Shown here in pieces: positions 61,710 through 64,000 of a DNA stretch of 64,000 nucleotides. The notes beneath the pieces were generated by a model. That model was not told the origin of the DNA. It did not search any database and saw nothing but the letters and a program-made list of their open reading frames with translations. The DNA is taken from NCBI GenBank assembly GCA_963725095.1, contig CAVRXJ010000017.1, forward strand, positions 1,158 to 65,157, read 5' to 3'. The stretch comes from an uncultured Acidobacteriota bacterium. GTDB taxonomy: Bacteria; Acidobacteriota; Thermoanaerobaculia; UBA5066; Gp7-AA6. A program made the translations under genes and the position numbers. Every line of letters begins with the position of its first letter. Within the stretch, counting starts at the first letter, position 1.

Positions 61710-62544
61710 TCCGCTGGCCTCTCGGCCATCGTGCCGACCTTCAACGAAGAGGGAAACATCGGCGACTGCCTGGCGTCGCTCGCGTTCGCCGACGAGATCC
61801 TGGTGGTCGATTCCTTCTCGACGGACCGGACCGTCGAAATCGCGAGCGCCTTCCCCAGGACGCGCGTCCTGCAGCACGAGTACTTCGGCAACGGCCCGCA
61901 GTGCAACTGGGCGATGGAGCGCGCCGCCCATCCGTGGATCCTGATCGTCGACGCCGACGAGCGCGTGACACCGGAGCTCGCGCGCGAGATCGAGGAGCTG
62001 CTCGCGCGCGGGCCGGCCGCCGACGCCTACCGGGTGCGGCGCGACGACGTCTTCTTCGGCCGGGTGCTGCGCCATGGCGGACTCGGCGCGCACGGGCTCG
62101 TCCGGCTCGCCCGAAAGGGCAGCGCCTCCTATCCCAACCGGCGCGTGCATGCCGACATGGAGGTCCGAGGGCCGGCGCCCGTGCTGTCCGGCCGCCTGAC
62201 GCACTACACGTACCGTTCGTTCCCCGACTACGTCGGCAAGCTCGCCCGCTACGCGGAGTGGGGCGCCGCGGACCGATTCCGGGCGGGGCGCCGGGCGGGT
62301 TTCTTCGCGATCGCTTTCCATCCCGCCTGGCGCTTCCTGCGGATGTACCTGCTGCAGGCGGGTTTTCTCGACGGCGCCGCGGGCCTCGTGGTCTGCGGCC
62401 TGCAGGGGTATTGCACGTTCCTGAAGTACGCGAGGCTCTGGGAGTGGACGCGGATGGAGGCTCGGGGCGAGAGCGTGCCGCTGCCGGCGTTCGACGGGGA
62501 GCCGCCGCGCGCCGGATGCGGCCGGAGCGAGGGAGCCGCTGTGA
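61683..62544 (+). CDS. glycosyltransferase family 2 (3' end uncertain: no in-frame stop before bcp)
   Basis: ATG 61683. LSAIVPTFNEEGNIGDCLASL, LVVDSFSTDRT, ILIVDADERV, C-terminal ..LDGAAGLVVCGLQGYCTFLKYARLWEW... The frame runs into the bcp ATG. The nearest plausible stop (TGA 62542-44) is in another frame. Confidence 0.75.
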
Positions 62545-62570
62545 GATTCTTCTGGCAGAAGGAGCTCCCC

Positions 62571-63010
62571 ATGTTGAACGTCGGCGATCCGGCTCCCGAT
62601 TTCGACGTCCCGGACCACACCGGGCGCCCGGCGCCGCCTCTCGGACTACCGGGGCCGGACCGTCGTTCTCTGGTTCTATCCGATGGCCGACACTCCCGGC
62701 TGAACGATCGAGGGCCGCGGGTTCCGCGACCTGGCCGCCGGTTACGAGACGAAGGGCGCCGTCATCCTCGGCGTCTCCTTCGACACCGATGGCGAAGAAC
62801 GCCGCCTTCGCCGCCAAGTACGACTTCCCGTTTTCTCTGCTGTGCGACACGGAGAGAAAGATCGGAATGGCCTACGGCGCCTGCGACTCCCCGAAGGCGC
62901 GGTTCGCCGAGCGCATCACGTACGTGATCGGACCCGACGGAAAGATCCTGCAGGCCCACCCGAAGGTCTCGGTCAAGTCCCATCCGCAGGAAATCCTCGC
63001 GAGCCTCTAG
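62571..63010 (+). CDS. bcp: Bcp/PrxQ-type peroxiredoxin with in-frame TGA at the peroxidatic Cys position (candidate selenoprotein; two further apparent frameshifts near 62630 and 62788)
   Basis: AAGGAG lies 6 nt before ATG 62571. MLNVGDPAPDFDVPDHTG.. / ..RLSDYRGRTVVLWFYPMADTPG[TGA 62701-03]TIEGRGFRDLAAGYETKGAVILGVSFDT / ..AAFAAKYDFPFSLLCDTERKIGMAYG..RITYVIGPDGKILQAHPKVSVKSHPQEILASL* with TAG at 63008-10. Confidence 0.7.
62712..62732 (+). promoter_or_regulatory. SECIS-like hairpin 11 nt downstream of the in-frame UGA
   Basis: GGGCCGCGG (62712-20) / CCGCGACCU (62724-32). There are 8 pairs with one C-A mismatch and a terminal G-U. The apical loop is GUU, or GGUUC if the closing pair opens. Confidence 0.45.
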
Positions 63011-64000
63011 TCGCGGGGATCGGGCGCGCCTCGGCCAGAGTGTCGGCGTAGAAGGGGATCGCGCGGTCCGCGAACTTCCGGCCGGTGAATTCGAGCGCCC
63101 GCGCCCGAGCCGCGAGCCCATAGCGGCGCCGCAGCGGCTCGGAGGCGGCGACCGCTCTCGAGCGCGGGCGCGAGGCCCGGCGCGTCGCGCGCGATCGCGC
63201 CCTCGACCCCGTCGGTCATCAGGTCTCGACGCCGGGCACGCTCCAGCGCGACCACCGGAAGGCCCGAGGCCATCGCCTCGAGGATGGCCCGCTGCCCCTG
63301 GTCGGCGCCCGAGGCGGTGAAGAGAAAGACGTCGCAGAGACGGTAGAGGTCCGGCAGGGCCTCCTCCTGATAGCCGAGCCAGAAGTTGCGGTCGGCCGCG
63401 CCGAGCGCCGCGGCCCTCTCCTTGAGGGCCGGCATGTGCTCGCCGTGCCCGACGTGAACCAGGCAGACGCCGGGCAGGCGCGCGGCCGCCGCGATCGCCT
63501 CCTCGTGCCCGCGCCCCCGCGACATCTTGCCGACCGTGGCCACGAGCAGGGGTCCGGCCGGAAGGCCGAAGCGCCGCCGCAGCTCGGGCGAGCCTCGCGC
63601 CCGGCCGGAACCGCTCGCCGTCGACGACCGGGGAGAGCACCGGGCCCGGGCGTCCGAAGCGGCCGGCAATCGCGCGGTTGGCGTAGGCGAAGGCGTCGGT
63701 GCGGCGGAAGACGAGCGCCGTCAAGGGGTCCGGGCGCGCGTGCCGGATGTGGTGCAGCGTGCGGACGAGGGCAACTCCCGTGGACCGGACGGCGAGGGCG
63801 GCCAGGGTGTGGTCGTAGGAACGGTGCGCGTGGACCAGGTCGAACCTCTCGCGGACGAGGGTTTCCCGCAGGCGCCGCGCCTGCTCCGCGTAGTCCAGGG
63901 GCCCGCGCGGCTTGCGCAGCAGGGGCCGCGCCCAGCCGAGCCGCCTCCAGGCGCCCGGAGAGGAGGCTTTCTCCGATGAAGCCGAACTGCGCCTCGACGC
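62973..64000 (-). CDS. glycosyltransferase family 4 (GT-B), 5'-truncated by the window edge (2-3 apparent frameshifts; 3' end 62973 or 63007)
   Basis: ..LVHAHRSYDHTLAALAV..LHHIRHARPDPLTALVFRRTDAFAYANRAIAGRF..VVDGERFRPG / ..ELRRRFGLPAGPLLVATVGKMSRGRGHEEAI..LVHVGHGEH..CDVFLFTASGADQGQRAILEAMASGLPVVA.. / ..SEPLRRRYGLAARARALEFTGRKFADRAIPFYADTL... Convergent with bcp and overlapping its 3' end. Confidence 0.7.

Overview
A very GC-rich bacterial chromosomal segment, roughly 70% G+C by eye (not computed). I found no rRNA, CRISPR array, transposase, integrase or phage genes. I support about 60 protein genes, 2 tandem tRNA-Val genes, one candidate 6S-like RNA, several intrinsic terminators and a set of short tandem-repeat or palindromic intergenic elements.

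Layout:
- 1.4-8.8 kb (-): a translationally coupled glycosylation operon (GT2, GT-A-like, Gfo/Idh/MocA oxidoreductase, GT2 with a membrane tail, FAD oxidoreductase, GT39/ArnT-like GT-C).
- 8.9-19.5 kb (-): an accessory-looking block of secreted or surface proteins. These are a small Zn-ribbon protein, a PKD+cupredoxin protein, DUF1501, IPT+3xSLH-like+DUF1800, a beta-helix protein and an S8 protease. The last two share an Ig-like + 3x Cys-containing SLH-like C-terminal cassette.
- 19.6-31.8 kb: alpha/beta hydrolase, ABC-2 exporter, CPBP protease, HExxH protease, an RsbW/RsbV-like pair, polyprenyl synthase, a membrane AlkP-like protein, ADH, GT4, DUF2905 and radC.
- 31.9-35 kb (+): metG, tatD and a Zn peptidase.
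- 35-44.2 kb (-): the classical rimP-nusA-infB-DUF503-rbfA-truB-rpsO-pnp operon.
- 44.4-51.6 kb: TonB-like, CoA-binding, HtrA, NtrC-family activator, pyrE, LOG and a DPM1-like GT2.
- 51.8-61.6 kb (+): tRNA-Val x2, then thrS-infC-rpmI-rplT-pheS-pheT-zapB-like-zapA-(6S-like RNA)-rny-ymdB.
- 61.7-64 kb: GT2, a Bcp peroxiredoxin and a truncated GT4.

Major caveat: many clearly recognisable genes, including essential ones (thrS, metG, pheST, infB), can only be read by switching frame. I counted dozens of apparent 1-nt indels by eye, and they are unevenly distributed. I treat these as probable assembly or sequencing errors, so coordinates of interrupted genes are locus spans.

Most interesting observations:
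- An in-frame UGA at the catalytic Cys position of the Bcp peroxiredoxin, followed by a SECIS-like hairpin.
- A 6S-RNA-like rod structure between zapA and rny.
- The shared Cys-SLH anchoring cassette on neighbouring exoproteins.
- 7-8 nt tandem repeat arrays carrying start codons at the 5' ends of two glycosyltransferase genes.

I did not find a convincing novel multi-gene system such as a defence island.
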